Assembly: GCA_963771465.1 (NCBI GenBank)
Contig: CAVYTU010000017.1
Span: 1,056,001 to 1,120,000 of the forward strand
DNA length: 64,000 nucleotides
Reading direction: 5' to 3'
DNA from: an uncultured delta proteobacterium
GTDB taxonomy: Bacteria > Desulfobacterota > Binatia > UBA9968
The position numbers and the translations under genes are program-made. This document shows positions 29,739 to 39,770 of this stretch, one piece after another. Position 1 is the stretch's first letter. Every line of letters starts with the position of its first letter. The notes under the pieces are model-generated. The model did not search any database. It saw nothing but the letters and a program-made list of their open reading frames with translations, and was not told the origin of the DNA.

Positions 29739-29770
29739 AGGGCCGGCCGTATGACCGGCCCTTTTTATTT
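29739..29770 (+). terminator. Intrinsic terminator between the SBP and permease genes
   Basis: AGGGCCGG-ccgtatga-CCGGCCCT followed by TTTTATTT. Confidence 0.75.
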
Positions 29771-29811
29771 TGCGTGATGGACTGACCCGGTGAAGGAGCA
29801 TTGAGACGTCG

Positions 29812-31530
29812 ATGGTAAATCGGGTTCTGGGTATATTTCGGCGCGACCCGCAACTTTCAATTGTGCTGTTTGTCGGTGTGGTGATTGCCTACTTGAGCCT
29901 GTCGCCGACCCTGATGCTTTTCTATGGCAGCTTTCGCAGCAAGCCCCTCGGCGTGCCGGGCGACTTTACCTTGGCTCACTACATCAGCGCTTACGCCGAT
30001 CCGCTGACGTACCAGCTGCTGTTCAATTCCTTTATCTTCGCCGGCGGCTCGGCGCTGCTGGCGACCGCCTTGGCGGCGACTCTGGCTTGGATATCGATTC
30101 GCACCAACGCTCCCGGCAGAAGATTGTTCGAGCTGATTTCCATCGTGCCGAATATTTTTCCACCGGTGATGCTGGCGGTGTCGTGGACCGTGCTCCTCAG
30201 TCCGCGCACCGGTTTGATCAACCGATTGTTCATGCAAATCTTCGATCTGTCGGAGGCGCCGCTCAATCTCTATTCACTTTGGGGCATGATTTACGTCGAG
30301 GCTTTGATCACTGTGCCGCTGGCTTTTTTGATGGTGTCCGCGTCGCTCTATTCGATGGACCCTGCGCTCGAAGAATCGGCGCGGGTAGCGGGATCAAGCA
30401 ACGCGCAGATCGCCTGGCGCATCACTTTGCCGATCGTGCGCCCGGCGCTGTTGGCTTCAGCCATGTTGAACTTCGTACGCGCCATTGAAAGCTTCGATAC
30501 GCCGGCGATCATCGCCCTGCCGGCGCGCATCGAAGTGTTTACGACCAAAATATATCGCGAAGCGATCGGCGCTTTTCCGCCGAACCAGAATCTCGCCGCG
30601 GCCTACGCCGTATCGTTGCTCGCCGTGACGATGGTGTTCGTTTATTTCTACCGGCGTCTGACGGCGCGCTCGGAACGCTATGTGACCGTGACCGGGCGCG
30701 GTTATCGGCCGATGATCATCGATCTCGGCAAGTGGCGTTACGCCGCCTCGGCGATCGCTAGCGTGATTCTGATCCTGATCGTGGTGTTGCCGTTTCTGGT
30801 TTTGATTTATGTTTCCTTTATCACTTATATTCACGTGCCCGGCGCCAAGACTTGGGAACTTTTGACGCTGGATAATTATTGGAGCAATTTGACCGACGCG
30901 CGCACCTATCGCGCTCTGAAAAATAGCTTGTTCCTCGCCGTCGTCGGCGCGACGCTTTGTATGTTGCTGGCGGCGATCACCGCGTGGGTGACGACCAAGA
31001 CCAAAGCCGCCGGCCGAGGACTCATCGAGGCGTTGACGTTCATTCCCTGGGCGTTCCCGGGCACGGCGCTAGCCATCGGATTGCTCTGGACCTATGTCTA
31101 CGTGCCGCTGCCGATCTACGGCACCTTGTGGATCTTGCTGATCGGCTATATCACGCGTTTCTTGCCCTACGGACTGCGCACCATGACCAGCACGATCGTG
31201 CAATTGCACGACGACTTGCAGCAGGCTTCGATGGTTTGCGGCGCGAGTTTTCTGACGACCTTTCGGCGCATTCTCCTGCCGTTGCTGCGGCCCGGCTTCA
31301 TCGCCGGCTGGATTATTCTTGCGACGATTTATTTACGCGAGTTCAGCACGTCGATCTTTCTCTATTCGCCGGGGGCGGAGCCTTTGGGGCCGCTGCTTTA
31401 TCATTTTTACGTGGACGGCAACTTGGGACCGATGTGCTCGCTGGCGCTGATCGTCAGCGTGGTATGTATCGTTTTGATCCTGAGCGCAAAAAAGATCGCC
31501 GCCGCGGGTGGAGCCTTCGAGGGACATTGA
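29812..31530 (+). CDS. ABC transporter permease, FbpB-type (two BPD domains)
   Basis: Hydrophobic; MDPALEESARVAG EAA loop; second loop LQQASMVCGA. Confidence 0.9.
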   Translation: MVNRVLGIFRRDPQLSIVLFVGVVIAYLSLSPTLMLFYGSFRSKPLGVPGDFTLAHYISAYADPLTYQLLFNSFIFAGGSALLATALAATLAWISIRTNAPGRRLFELISIVPNIFPPVMLAVSWTVLLSPRTGLINRLFMQIFDLSEAPLNLYSLWGMIYVEALITVPLAFLMVSASLYSMDPALEESARVAGSSNAQIAWRITLPIVRPALLASAMLNFVRAIESFDTPAIIALPARIEVFTTKIYREAIGAFPPNQNLAAAYAVSLLAVTMVFVYFYRRLTARSERYVTVTGRGYRPMIIDLGKWRYAASAIASVILILIVVLPFLVLIYVSFITYIHVPGAKTWELLTLDNYWSNLTDARTYRALKNSLFLAVVGATLCMLLAAITAWVTTKTKAAGRGLIEALTFIPWAFPGTALAIGLLWTYVYVPLPIYGTLWILLIGYITRFLPYGLRTMTSTIVQLHDDLQQASMVCGASFLTTFRRILLPLLRPGFIAGWIILATIYLREFSTSIFLYSPGAEPLGPLLYHFYVDGNLGPMCSLALIVSVVCIVLILSAKKIAAAGGAFEGH

Positions 31531-31568
31531 AACAAGCCTTGAGGCGGGAGACACGAGGGACGAATAAG

Positions 31569-32756
31569 ATGGATGACGGCACCGCTAAAAAATTAATCGA
31601 GAAAAATTTGTCCTATGACGAGGTAAAACGGCTTACGGTAAAACTCGTGCAGCACGCCAGTCCGCAGACTCAGCTGCTCGAGGCCGAGCCGCAGGTACTG
31701 GCGCTGATTCACGATGTCGTCAAGCCGGAGCTCGAGCAAGCCGGCCTCCATCCCGCCATCGATAAGATGGGCAATCTAATCTTGCGTCTGCAGGGGCGCT
31801 CGTCCGAGGGTCGGCTGATGTTGGTGGGCTATGCTATGTGTGCGGCGCCGAGCACGATGGCGAATCCCTATTCTGGCGAGATCGTCGATGGCACGCCGTA
31901 CAAACTTCAGGGAGAATGTGTTTGGGGCCGCGGCGCTTGCGAACAGAAGGGCAGTCTGGCGGCGATGATGGCGGCGGTTAAATTTATCGGCGCGAGCAAG
32001 ATTGAATTGCCCAGCGATCTCTACTTCGTCGTCAGCACCGCCGGAGAAACCGGCAAGCACGACTCTCTCGCTTACGTCTTGGACCACGGCAACGTCGAGG
32101 CGGATTGGTGCATCATCGACGGCCCGCCGGAAATTCAACTAGGCAATAAAGGGCGCGTCGATGTTTTAGTGATCGTCAAAGGCAAGCAGGCGCACAGCAG
32201 CCGGCCATGGGAAGGCATCAACGCTATCGATGGCGCGATGAAGGTGCTGGAAAGGCTCAAACCCTTGATGCCATTTCCGGAAGAGCGGACGCACCCCGAT
32301 CTCGGCGACGTCAGTTTAACCACCAACGCGATCGAAAGTTTTCCCAAAGCGACGCACACGATCCAGAGCGAGTGCCGTATCATGTTCGATCGCCGCTTGT
32401 TGCCCGGCGACGATCCAACCAAGGCGATTCAGCAAATGAGAGATGCCATCGGCAAGATCGAGCCGTTCGAAATAGAAGTGCAGCCGCGCGATTTCATGTA
32501 TCCAAGCGAAGTTAGCAGAGACGCGGAGGTGGTGCAGGTCTTGGAGCAGGGGATACGGACGATGCTCAATTACGAGCCCAAGTTTAGTTTTTCCACGGCG
32601 GCCAACGATACCGGGTTATTTAATCATCGCGGCATTCAGGCGATCAATTACGGCTCGCGCGATATCCGCTTTCAGCACACCGATCATGATCTCGTGGCGT
32701 TGAATAATGTTTTCAATGCGGCGAAGGTGTTCGCGTTTCTAGCGATTCATCGCTAG
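31569..32756 (+). CDS. M20 (ArgE/DapE-like) family protein with a non-canonical metal site
   Basis: DKMGNLI, WGRGACEQKG, GKQAHSSRPWEGINAI, FDRRLLPG and QHTDHD motifs. Confidence 0.8.
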   Translation: MDDGTAKKLIEKNLSYDEVKRLTVKLVQHASPQTQLLEAEPQVLALIHDVVKPELEQAGLHPAIDKMGNLILRLQGRSSEGRLMLVGYAMCAAPSTMANPYSGEIVDGTPYKLQGECVWGRGACEQKGSLAAMMAAVKFIGASKIELPSDLYFVVSTAGETGKHDSLAYVLDHGNVEADWCIIDGPPEIQLGNKGRVDVLVIVKGKQAHSSRPWEGINAIDGAMKVLERLKPLMPFPEERTHPDLGDVSLTTNAIESFPKATHTIQSECRIMFDRRLLPGDDPTKAIQQMRDAIGKIEPFEIEVQPRDFMYPSEVSRDAEVVQVLEQGIRTMLNYEPKFSFSTAANDTGLFNHRGIQAINYGSRDIRFQHTDHDLVALNNVFNAAKVFAFLAIHR

Positions 32757-32761
32757 AAACG

Positions 32762-32853
32762 CCGTTCAAATCGTTCCAGCAGTTCAAGTCGTTCAAACCG
32801 TTTTGTTCGGACGTTTTGAACGAAGGTTGCATTCAACCGGTTGAACGATTAAC
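32762..32853. repeat. Nonamer tandem repeats (CGTTCAANN) with inverted copies
   Basis: cgttcaaat cgttccagc agttcaagt cgttcaaac ... ttgaacg ... ttgaacg; between convergent genes; same family as 61412-61489. Confidence 0.75.
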
Positions 32854-33541
32854 TGTTCTCTAGCTTTTTCAGCATCCGCACATAGTAATCCCACAAATTA
32901 ATCATCGCATCCGGCCGGTAAATTCGTTTCCGCTTCAGCATCGCATCGGCATCGGTGGCCCAAGAGAACGCGCCCATCGACGCCGCGGCGACTTGGGTCT
33001 TGGCGCTATGTTCGAGCAGGACGCCGCGAATGCAGGCCTCTTCGATGGACGTGCCGGCTACGACGATACCGTGATTGCGCAGCAGCACGATCTTATGCTC
33101 GCCGAGTAGTTTTGCCACGGCCGTGCCTTGCTCGGCGGTGACGATCAAATCGGAGGATTCCTCGAATTTATTGATCGCCGGTGGATAGAAGGCGCAGCTT
33201 AGATTGGTGATCGGCAGGAGCCGGTGCTCGGATGACGCGATGATTGTCGAGTAGGTCGGATGAGTATGAATCACGCATTTGATCGCCGGATTGGTGCGGT
33301 ACACCTCGCTGTGGATCGGAAATTCGTTATGCCGCTTGCGCTTGCCGGCAAGCGTGTTGCCTTCAAAGTCGATGAGCACCATGTCGTCTTCGGTCGCTTC
33401 TTCGAGACCGATGCCCGAACCTTTGATCCAGTATTCGTTGGGTTTATCTGTTAACGCTGATACATGGCCGTAGATCATGTCGTTGTGTCCCTGCATGGCG
33501 AGTATGCGGCATGCCAAGGCAAGCTTTTCCGGTAGGGTCAT
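32849..33541 (-). CDS. Class II aldolase/adducin family protein
   Basis: GHVS, EFPIH, IHTHP and LLRNHG motifs. Confidence 0.9.
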   Translation of the reverse strand: MTLPEKLALACRILAMQGHNDMIYGHVSALTDKPNEYWIKGSGIGLEEATEDDMVLIDFEGNTLAGKRKRHNEFPIHSEVYRTNPAIKCVIHTHPTYSTIIASSEHRLLPITNLSCAFYPPAINKFEESSDLIVTAEQGTAVAKLLGEHKIVLLRNHGIVVAGTSIEEACIRGVLLEHSAKTQVAAASMGAFSWATDADAMLKRKRIYRPDAMINLWDYYVRMLKKLENS

Positions 33542-34338
33542 CGAATCCCTCCTGCAAGATTAGGCGGCAGCTTTGCGAGCAAATTGGCGCCGTGGGTTAG
33601 CCGCGCGTCGAATGAGATTGTCGTTGGCGAGCTAGTATTAAGAACAGCCGAGTAGGGCGACGGACCATATTCCCGAAGCCAATTGACCAATGGGCTGTCG
33701 GCACTGCGCGGCGACAGAAAGTCCAACACATGCGGACCAGCTTTGAATCGTAAGCCGTCAGCGCCAAGAGTCGGCTCGCTAATCGGCTTGCCCGGTGCTC
33801 CGAGCAGCGCGCCATAACAGTTTTCGATTAGGCCCATCTCGCCGACAGCGACGGTTATACTTTCGATGCCGGTTATACCGTTCTTATGGTTCCACTGTCG
33901 GGGAATGCGCTCGGGTCTCGGCGTTACATCTTCGATGAGAAACGGCGCGACGCCACGATGGCTACCGGTGGCGAGCGCTAGTAGCCACTTAAGCTCATAG
34001 CCGTCTGGCCGTTTCCGCGACCATGGCACGGGGTTATTGATTGTCACGCCGGCGTCGTGAAGTTTTTGGGTGTCGCCGGTGAGATCGTCCGTCTGAAAAC
34101 AAAAGTCGACCAAGCGCTCGCCCTTGGTAAGCGGTTCCCACCAGCGGTGATCGATGGCATCGCGATAGAAGGCGATGATTTCCAAATACGAACCATCTTG
34201 GAACGAGATCAAGGCGTTATGACTGCCCACCGGATGCTGGCCGCCAGGGACTACGGTGAAGCCTAGCTGTTCGTAGTCCTTGGCGACTCGATCAAGGTCT
34301 TTCACGACCACAACTAGATGATCGATCCCTTTTATCAT
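33538..34338 (-). CDS. VOC family protein (Glyoxalase_3)
   Basis: IDHLVVVV, PGGQHP..SHNALI, YLEII, RKRPDG..LKW and PFLIED motifs. Confidence 0.85.
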   Translation of the reverse strand: MIKGIDHLVVVVKDLDRVAKDYEQLGFTVVPGGQHPVGSHNALISFQDGSYLEIIAFYRDAIDHRWWEPLTKGERLVDFCFQTDDLTGDTQKLHDAGVTINNPVPWSRKRPDGYELKWLLALATGSHRGVAPFLIEDVTPRPERIPRQWNHKNGITGIESITVAVGEMGLIENCYGALLGAPGKPISEPTLGADGLRFKAGPHVLDFLSPRSADSPLVNWLREYGPSPYSAVLNTSSPTTISFDARLTHGANLLAKLPPNLAGGIR

Positions 34339-34367
34339 TGCCTATTAGCTCTTGATTTAATTGCAGT

Positions 34368-35366
34368 TTATTTGAAGGCCGGCACCACTTCCTCAAGAAA
34401 ACGTTTAAGCTGTCCGCCTTGATCCCAAGAGGTCATGCGCAGGGTGATATGCTCAATGCCCGCGGCGAAGTAGGCTTTGAGTTCATCGATACACTGCTGC
34501 GGGCGTCCCGCCGTGGTGAATCCTTCGACGAACTTCATGCTGAAATTCGACGTGTAGTATTTGTCGAGAAACGCCTTGCTCTCATCCAGCGCCGTCTGAC
34601 GGTTCTCATTGATGTTGATGTTGTGGTAGAGCGAGCTGCCGATCTTCGTGGGGTCGCGGCCTTCTTCCTTGGCCATCGCCAAGATACGCGTCCACTGGGA
34701 TTTGAATTCTTCCGGCGTCACTTTGTTGGTCATCCAACCGTCCGCGTATTTCGCCACGCGGCGCAGCCCCTTTTCGACGGCAGGTGAAGGCGCACTGGCG
34801 CCATCTTTCCAGGTGAGGCCGGTGGGATTGCTGGCGATCCAGATCGGCAGCGGGTTTTGCACCGGGCGCGGTTGAATGGTCACGCCCTCGAATTCGTAAA
34901 AGCGCCCTTTGTGCGACGCCTTCTCTTCGTGAAAAAACTTTTTCAGTATGACGATACCTTCTTCAAGGCGGCCAACGCGTTCGGTGTCTTTGATGCCCAT
35001 GACTTTATGTTCGAGCGCTTGCGCCGGGCTCTGTTCATTGGGGCCGCCGAGACAGACAGCGAGCCAAGAGCGGCCGCCGGAGATCACGTCCAAGCTGGCC
35101 CACTGTTGTGCAAGTAATGCCGGATGACGATGCGGAAAGGTCGCCATGCAGCCGACGGCGAGTTTTACTTTCTTGGTAACCACCGCTAGAGCCGACAACA
35201 GTGCGATGGATTCCAAGCGCGGCTTTGCCAGCAAGCTATCGCCGACCCAGACAGCGCTAAACGCACCCGAATCTTCGCCGCGCTTGGCCATGTCGAATAG
35301 GTCGGGAACCGTCACCGCGCCAATGATCACGCCGCGGTTGGCCAAAGTTAGTCCGAAGGAAGCCAT
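34368..35366 (-). CDS. LLM-class flavin-dependent oxidoreductase
   Basis: VWVGDSLLAKPRLE, WASLDVISGGR, PRPVQNPLPIWIA and RRVAKYADGWM motifs. Confidence 0.88.
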   Translation of the reverse strand: MASFGLTLANRGVIIGAVTVPDLFDMAKRGEDSGAFSAVWVGDSLLAKPRLESIALLSALAVVTKKVKLAVGCMATFPHRHPALLAQQWASLDVISGGRSWLAVCLGGPNEQSPAQALEHKVMGIKDTERVGRLEEGIVILKKFFHEEKASHKGRFYEFEGVTIQPRPVQNPLPIWIASNPTGLTWKDGASAPSPAVEKGLRRVAKYADGWMTNKVTPEEFKSQWTRILAMAKEEGRDPTKIGSSLYHNININENRQTALDESKAFLDKYYTSNFSMKFVEGFTTAGRPQQCIDELKAYFAAGIEHITLRMTSWDQGGQLKRFLEEVVPAFK

Positions 35367-35547
35367 AGAAAAACCTCTCACTCGTGCAAGATTATCATTG
35401 CGCTTATAACACATGGTATTGCACTGGCGAAAGAAGAGGAACGATGCCTGCACCGTGAAGCTGACGAAGGAATTTCTTGGCTAACTTTTGCGTTCTTGGC
35501 GGTTAAATGATCTTCTCCGGAATATGGTTGCGGCAAGGAGATAAAAC

Positions 35548-37129
35548 ATGAAAGCGAGCTTTCGCGACTACATTAACACGCTGCGTAGAAACGACGAGTT
35601 GTTGGAAATTACCAAGCCGGTGGATCTACGCGATGTCGCCGCTTTGGTCGCGCAGTCGGAGAAGGCGCTGCTGTTTAAGAATTTACCGGGCTATTCCATG
35701 CCGGTGGTCTCCGGCCTGCTGCAATCGCGCAGCCGCATCGCTCTGGGCATGGGCGTCGCTTATGAAAATATCGGCGACAAGCTCGGCAAGGCGATGGACA
35801 AACCGATCCAGCCGAAGCGCGTCGCCAACGCGCCGGTGAAGGAAGTTGTTCACACCGGCAAGAAAGTAAATCTCTTCGACCTGCCGGTGCCGGTGTTCTC
35901 GATCATGGACGGCGGGCCGATGATCACGGCCGGCGTGGTCATCGCCGAGGACCCGGAGTTTGGCATCAACGCGGGCATTTACCGCCTCATGCTCAAAGAG
36001 AGAAATATCACCGGCATCGACATCGTCACGCCCAACAACATGCGCAAGTTCGCCGAGCGCGCCTTGGCGAAAAAGAAAGCACTGCCGATATCGATCTCCA
36101 TCGGCACCCATCCGTACGAACTCGTCGCATCGACGTTCAAAGCCAACCTCGGCGTCAACGAGCTGACATTCGCCGGCGGCTTGCGCAATGAGCCGCTGCG
36201 TCTTGCCGACGGCGAGACCGTGCCGGTGCCGTGCATCGCCGACGCTGAGATTGTTTTAGAAGGGGAGATTCTTCCCGAAGGTTGGGTGCACACCGAAGGA
36301 CCGTTCTCGGAATTCAACCGGCTCATGGGCGGCATGCACATGAACCCGCGGGTGCGCATCAAATCGATCATGCACCGCAAAGACGCGATGTACTACGCGC
36401 TGCAGATGCCCTGGGAAAATATCTGGATGTCGGCGCCGATCTACGAAGCCGCAGCGCGCCGTGTGCTGTTCGAAGCCGGCGTGCAAACCAAAGCGATCAA
36501 CGTCACCCCCGGCGGCTGCTGCCATTGGCACATTATCGCGTCGATCAAGAAAGTCCCCGGCGACGGCAAGAACGCGATCATGGCGCTCTTGTCGATCGCC
36601 GACATCAAGCATGTAACGATCGTTGATGACGATATCGACGTCTTCGATCCCGTCGACGTCGAATGGGCGGTCGCGACCAGAGTGCAAGCCGACCGCGATG
36701 TCGTCGATTGTCTCCAACGCGCGCTCGAAACCGTTGGACCCGTCGCTGCCATTGCCGCAGCACGGAAAGATTCCTACTACGGCAAAAATGGGTATCGACG
36801 CGACGATTCCAGAAAATATTCCAGCAGAGCGTTACACACGGATCATTTATTTCAATCAAGACAAGGTCAAGTTGAGCGACTATGTCGGCCTGGCTGACAC
36901 GATGGTAAAACCGAAGGCGGAAGCCAAGACAACAGAAACTGTAGATTCACTTGTTGAAAAGATCGTCGCAGCACTCGGCAAGTCACATTGTTTCTTCGCT
37001 GACCTTTTAGAAAAGTTTCCCAAGGCGGATTACAAGACTGTCGCGAACGCAGTGGCGCGCCTATATGAGAACGGGAAGATTAGTCAGGACAAGGAGGGGA
37101 AGTTCGAACTAAAAGTATTGCAAAACTAG
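35548..37129 (+). CDS. UbiD-family (prFMN) decarboxylase with C-terminal extension (frameshift near 36706)
   Basis: DGGPMIT, NAGIYRLM, AEIVLEG, EGPFSEF and VDDDIDVFD..DVEWAVATR motifs, continuing in the other frame as PLDPS...KMGIDAT. Confidence 0.85.
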
Positions 37130-37191
37130 CACGTAACCTAGTGTTCTCATCACGGGTAACCCTAGTGTTGTGATTTCAATTTGCAGCGGTT

Positions 37192-37602
37192 TCAGAACGC
37201 GCTCGGCTGCAGGAAAATGTCTCCGCTCTGACCACTCGCAATTCGCAGGATTCGCTGACGCTCCGGCATGATCACAACTACCGCTTCCGGAGTGCCGCCG
37301 CCGCAAATGCCGTTGGAACTAGCAACGACGTTATGTTCCCCCAGTGATACGAATAGTTCGACCATCTCTCCCGCCGCGAGATCTGCGACCGGTGCGGCAT
37401 CTAGAAAAACTCGAATCGTACAGGCCGACCCCATGAAACCACTGTCACGCTTTACGATGAGGCTGCCCGAACTCGATGTCCGAGTTAACCACTGCGGTGC
37501 CAATACACGAGAAGCGGGCACGATGGAGGCCTGTTTGATTGTCAGCGGCGTCGTGGCACAGGCCGTAATAGATAACATGAGAAGCATAGCTAATAAGTAC
37601 AT
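37192..37602 (-). CDS. Putative lipoprotein
   Basis: GGAGG RBS; lipobox-like SITAC; VKRDSGFMGSAC. Confidence 0.7.
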   Translation of the reverse strand: MYLLAMLLMLSITACATTPLTIKQASIVPASRVLAPQWLTRTSSSGSLIVKRDSGFMGSACTIRVFLDAAPVADLAAGEMVELFVSLGEHNVVASSNGICGGGTPEAVVVIMPERQRILRIASGQSGDIFLQPSAF

Positions 37603-37797
37603 AAGGCCTCCGAGCAAAATTTGACGATAGTATAATGTGGATGTAGCTTTCATTCCAGACTTGAAAATGTGCAAATTGGACAGAGTGAGGATGGGAAAAT
37701 TTCGGCCAGAATCTGCTGCGAAACGATTACGTACCCGGTTACTCGTGATACGGGGGTGCGACTCGTCGAACGGGTGCATTGAAGCGTGAAACAGTCG

Positions 37798-38901
37798 CTA
37801 CACATTGAACTTGAATAACATCACGTCGCCGTCGGCGACGACGTAGTCTTTTCCTTCCATCCGATACAAGCCTTTGGTGCGCGCGGCGGCGACTGAACCG
37901 CACTGCACCAAATCATCGTAAGAAACCGTTTCCGCCTTGATGAAGCCGCGTTCGAAGTCGGAGTGGATGACGCCGGCGGCCTTGGGCGCCGTGTCGCCGG
38001 CGTGAATCGTCCACGCACGCACTTCTTTTTCCCCGGCGGTGAGAAACGTGCGTAAGCCAAGCAGATGATAGGTGGCGCGGATGAGCGCGCCGATGCCGCT
38101 CTCTTGGACGCCCAACTCTTTGAGGAACAGCTCGGCTTCGGCCGGTTCGAGATCGACCAGATCGCTCTCGATCTGCGCGCTGATAACGACCGCTTCGCAG
38201 GCGAGATGGGTTTTTACGTAATCGCGCACTTTTTGGACGTAAGGATTCTGGTCCGCGTTGGCAAGATCGGATTCCTTGACGTTGCAGGCAAAGATCGTGC
38301 GCTTGTCGCTGAGCAGGAACAATGGATTCGAGAGCGCGCGTTCCTCCGGTGTGAGGTTGACGTTGAGGGCGGGCTTGCCTTGGTCGAGGTCAGCCTCGAT
38401 CTTTTCCAGCACCGCATCTTCCGCGGCGGCGGCTTTGTCGCCGCGCTTGAGGTCTTTGGCGATACGCTCACGGCGTTTTTTTACCGATTCGAGATCGGCG
38501 AGCATGAGCTCGGTGTTGATGACCTCGATGTCGCGCACCGGATCGATGTTGCCTGAAACATGATGAACGTCTGGATCTTCGAAGCAGCGGACGACCTGGA
38601 CGATGGCGTCCACTTCGCGAATATGGGTGAGAAATTTATTTCCCAGTCCCTCGCCTTGGCTGGCTCCTTTGACCAGACCGGCGATGTCGACGAATTCGAT
38701 CACCGCCGGAATGACGACGTTGGTTTTGACCATCTGTTGCAAAACATAGAGCCGCGCATCCGGGACCGTGACCATGCCGAGGTTGGGATCGATGGTGCAA
38801 AACGGATAATTGGCCGCTTCGGCTTTGCGCGTGCGTGTGATCGCATTAAACAAAGTCGACTTGCCGACGTTGGGCAGACCGACGATTCCAGCTCTCAGCA
38901 T
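37798..38901 (-). CDS. ychF: Redox-regulated ATPase YchF
   Basis: [44 protein letters not shown] and [14 protein letters not shown] motifs. Confidence 0.98.
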   Translation of the reverse strand: MLRAGIVGLPNVGKSTLFNAITRTRKAEAANYPFCTIDPNLGMVTVPDARLYVLQQMVKTNVVIPAVIEFVDIAGLVKGASQGEGLGNKFLTHIREVDAIVQVVRCFEDPDVHHVSGNIDPVRDIEVINTELMLADLESVKKRRERIAKDLKRGDKAAAAEDAVLEKIEADLDQGKPALNVNLTPEERALSNPLFLLSDKRTIFACNVKESDLANADQNPYVQKVRDYVKTHLACEAVVISAQIESDLVDLEPAEAELFLKELGVQESGIGALIRATYHLLGLRTFLTAGEKEVRAWTIHAGDTAPKAAGVIHSDFERGFIKAETVSYDDLVQCGSVAAARTKGLYRMEGKDYVVADGDVMLFKFNV

Positions 38902-39409
38902 GATGGTATGATCCTCTTGGCAATGAATTAGCGAAGTCGAGTGCAGCGATCGTGGCAGACACCGACAGTGTCTTGCTAAACGTTGGGAGCATGGACTCGA
39001 AACGTTATCGACAGTTCTAGCAAGTTATCGACTAATCTTAAAGCGGCGCCGCGGCGGCGCAATCGGCGAAGTGTGCACCTAGTCTAGCACGATGGGCTTG
39101 AAGAATTGCGGGATGATGACGCTAATCTTATCATCGACAAATTTTATCACCTTGGCAAATCGCTGTACTCGGCGCGGCGAACAGCGAATGGCTTGACCAA
39201 AGCGGCACAGGCGAGACAAAAAGAATCGATAGCAGCCGTTTAATATTCTTTTTCCTTTGTTGAAAGCCAGCATTAAGGCTAATAGCCGATAGCGCGCCAA
39301 TCCTGAGGCCCGACGAGAGCCGGCATCCAGACAGTCCTGCTTAAAGCTCTCACTTTTGCAGGAACTTCTCGCCTGTATTACTTTGTTCTTCGAAAGCTAT
39401 GAACCGGTG

Positions 39410-39742
39410 TCATTCTATTCCTAGAATTGGCATTTTAGTTGCCTTAAGCCTCACTCTACTGCCGGCTCTCGCGAACACGTGAGCGCCAATCGTTGCGCTT
39501 GCGGTGACTCCATCGTCGAGCCGAACATGAATTAGAGATCTGACCCGTGGACTTTCGCCGTCTGCCTTAGTTTCGAAGGACACTATAGTCCCCGATATCT
39601 CTCGACTCTCTCCCGGGACATACAGCGCGTAATAACCCAGAGCTAAGATGATCAGAAAAACAGTGCTAGCCAGGATTCCACACGTCATCGCCCAGCGTCG
39701 TGACCTTTGATACTTGTCGAGTCGTTCTCGGGACGTGTTCAT
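39410..39742 (-). CDS. Hypothetical membrane-anchored protein
   Basis: One N-terminal transmembrane helix followed by a small beta-rich domain. Confidence 0.55.
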   Translation of the reverse strand: MNTSRERLDKYQRSRRWAMTCGILASTVFLIILALGYYALYVPGESREISGTIVSFETKADGESPRVRSLIHVRLDDGVTASATIGAHVFARAGSRVRLKATKMPILGIE

Positions 39743-39770
39743 GGATCGCTTGCGGATCGTTAGTCACAGA

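Noticed and set aside
30957-31568. N-terminal 204 aa of the 599-aa ORF, which looks like a fusion to M20
   Set aside because: It is an alternative-frame overlap with the permease gene; the M20 protein plausibly starts at ATG 31569.
32762-32853. CRISPR-like repeats (also 61412-61489 and 18059-18155)
   Set aside because: Units are 7-9 bp with no unique spacers, and there are no cas genes.
39079-39300. 73-aa minus-strand ORF and its open antisense frame
   Set aside because: No RBS or motif support; the plus-strand frame lacks a start codon. Cannot be supported as a gene.
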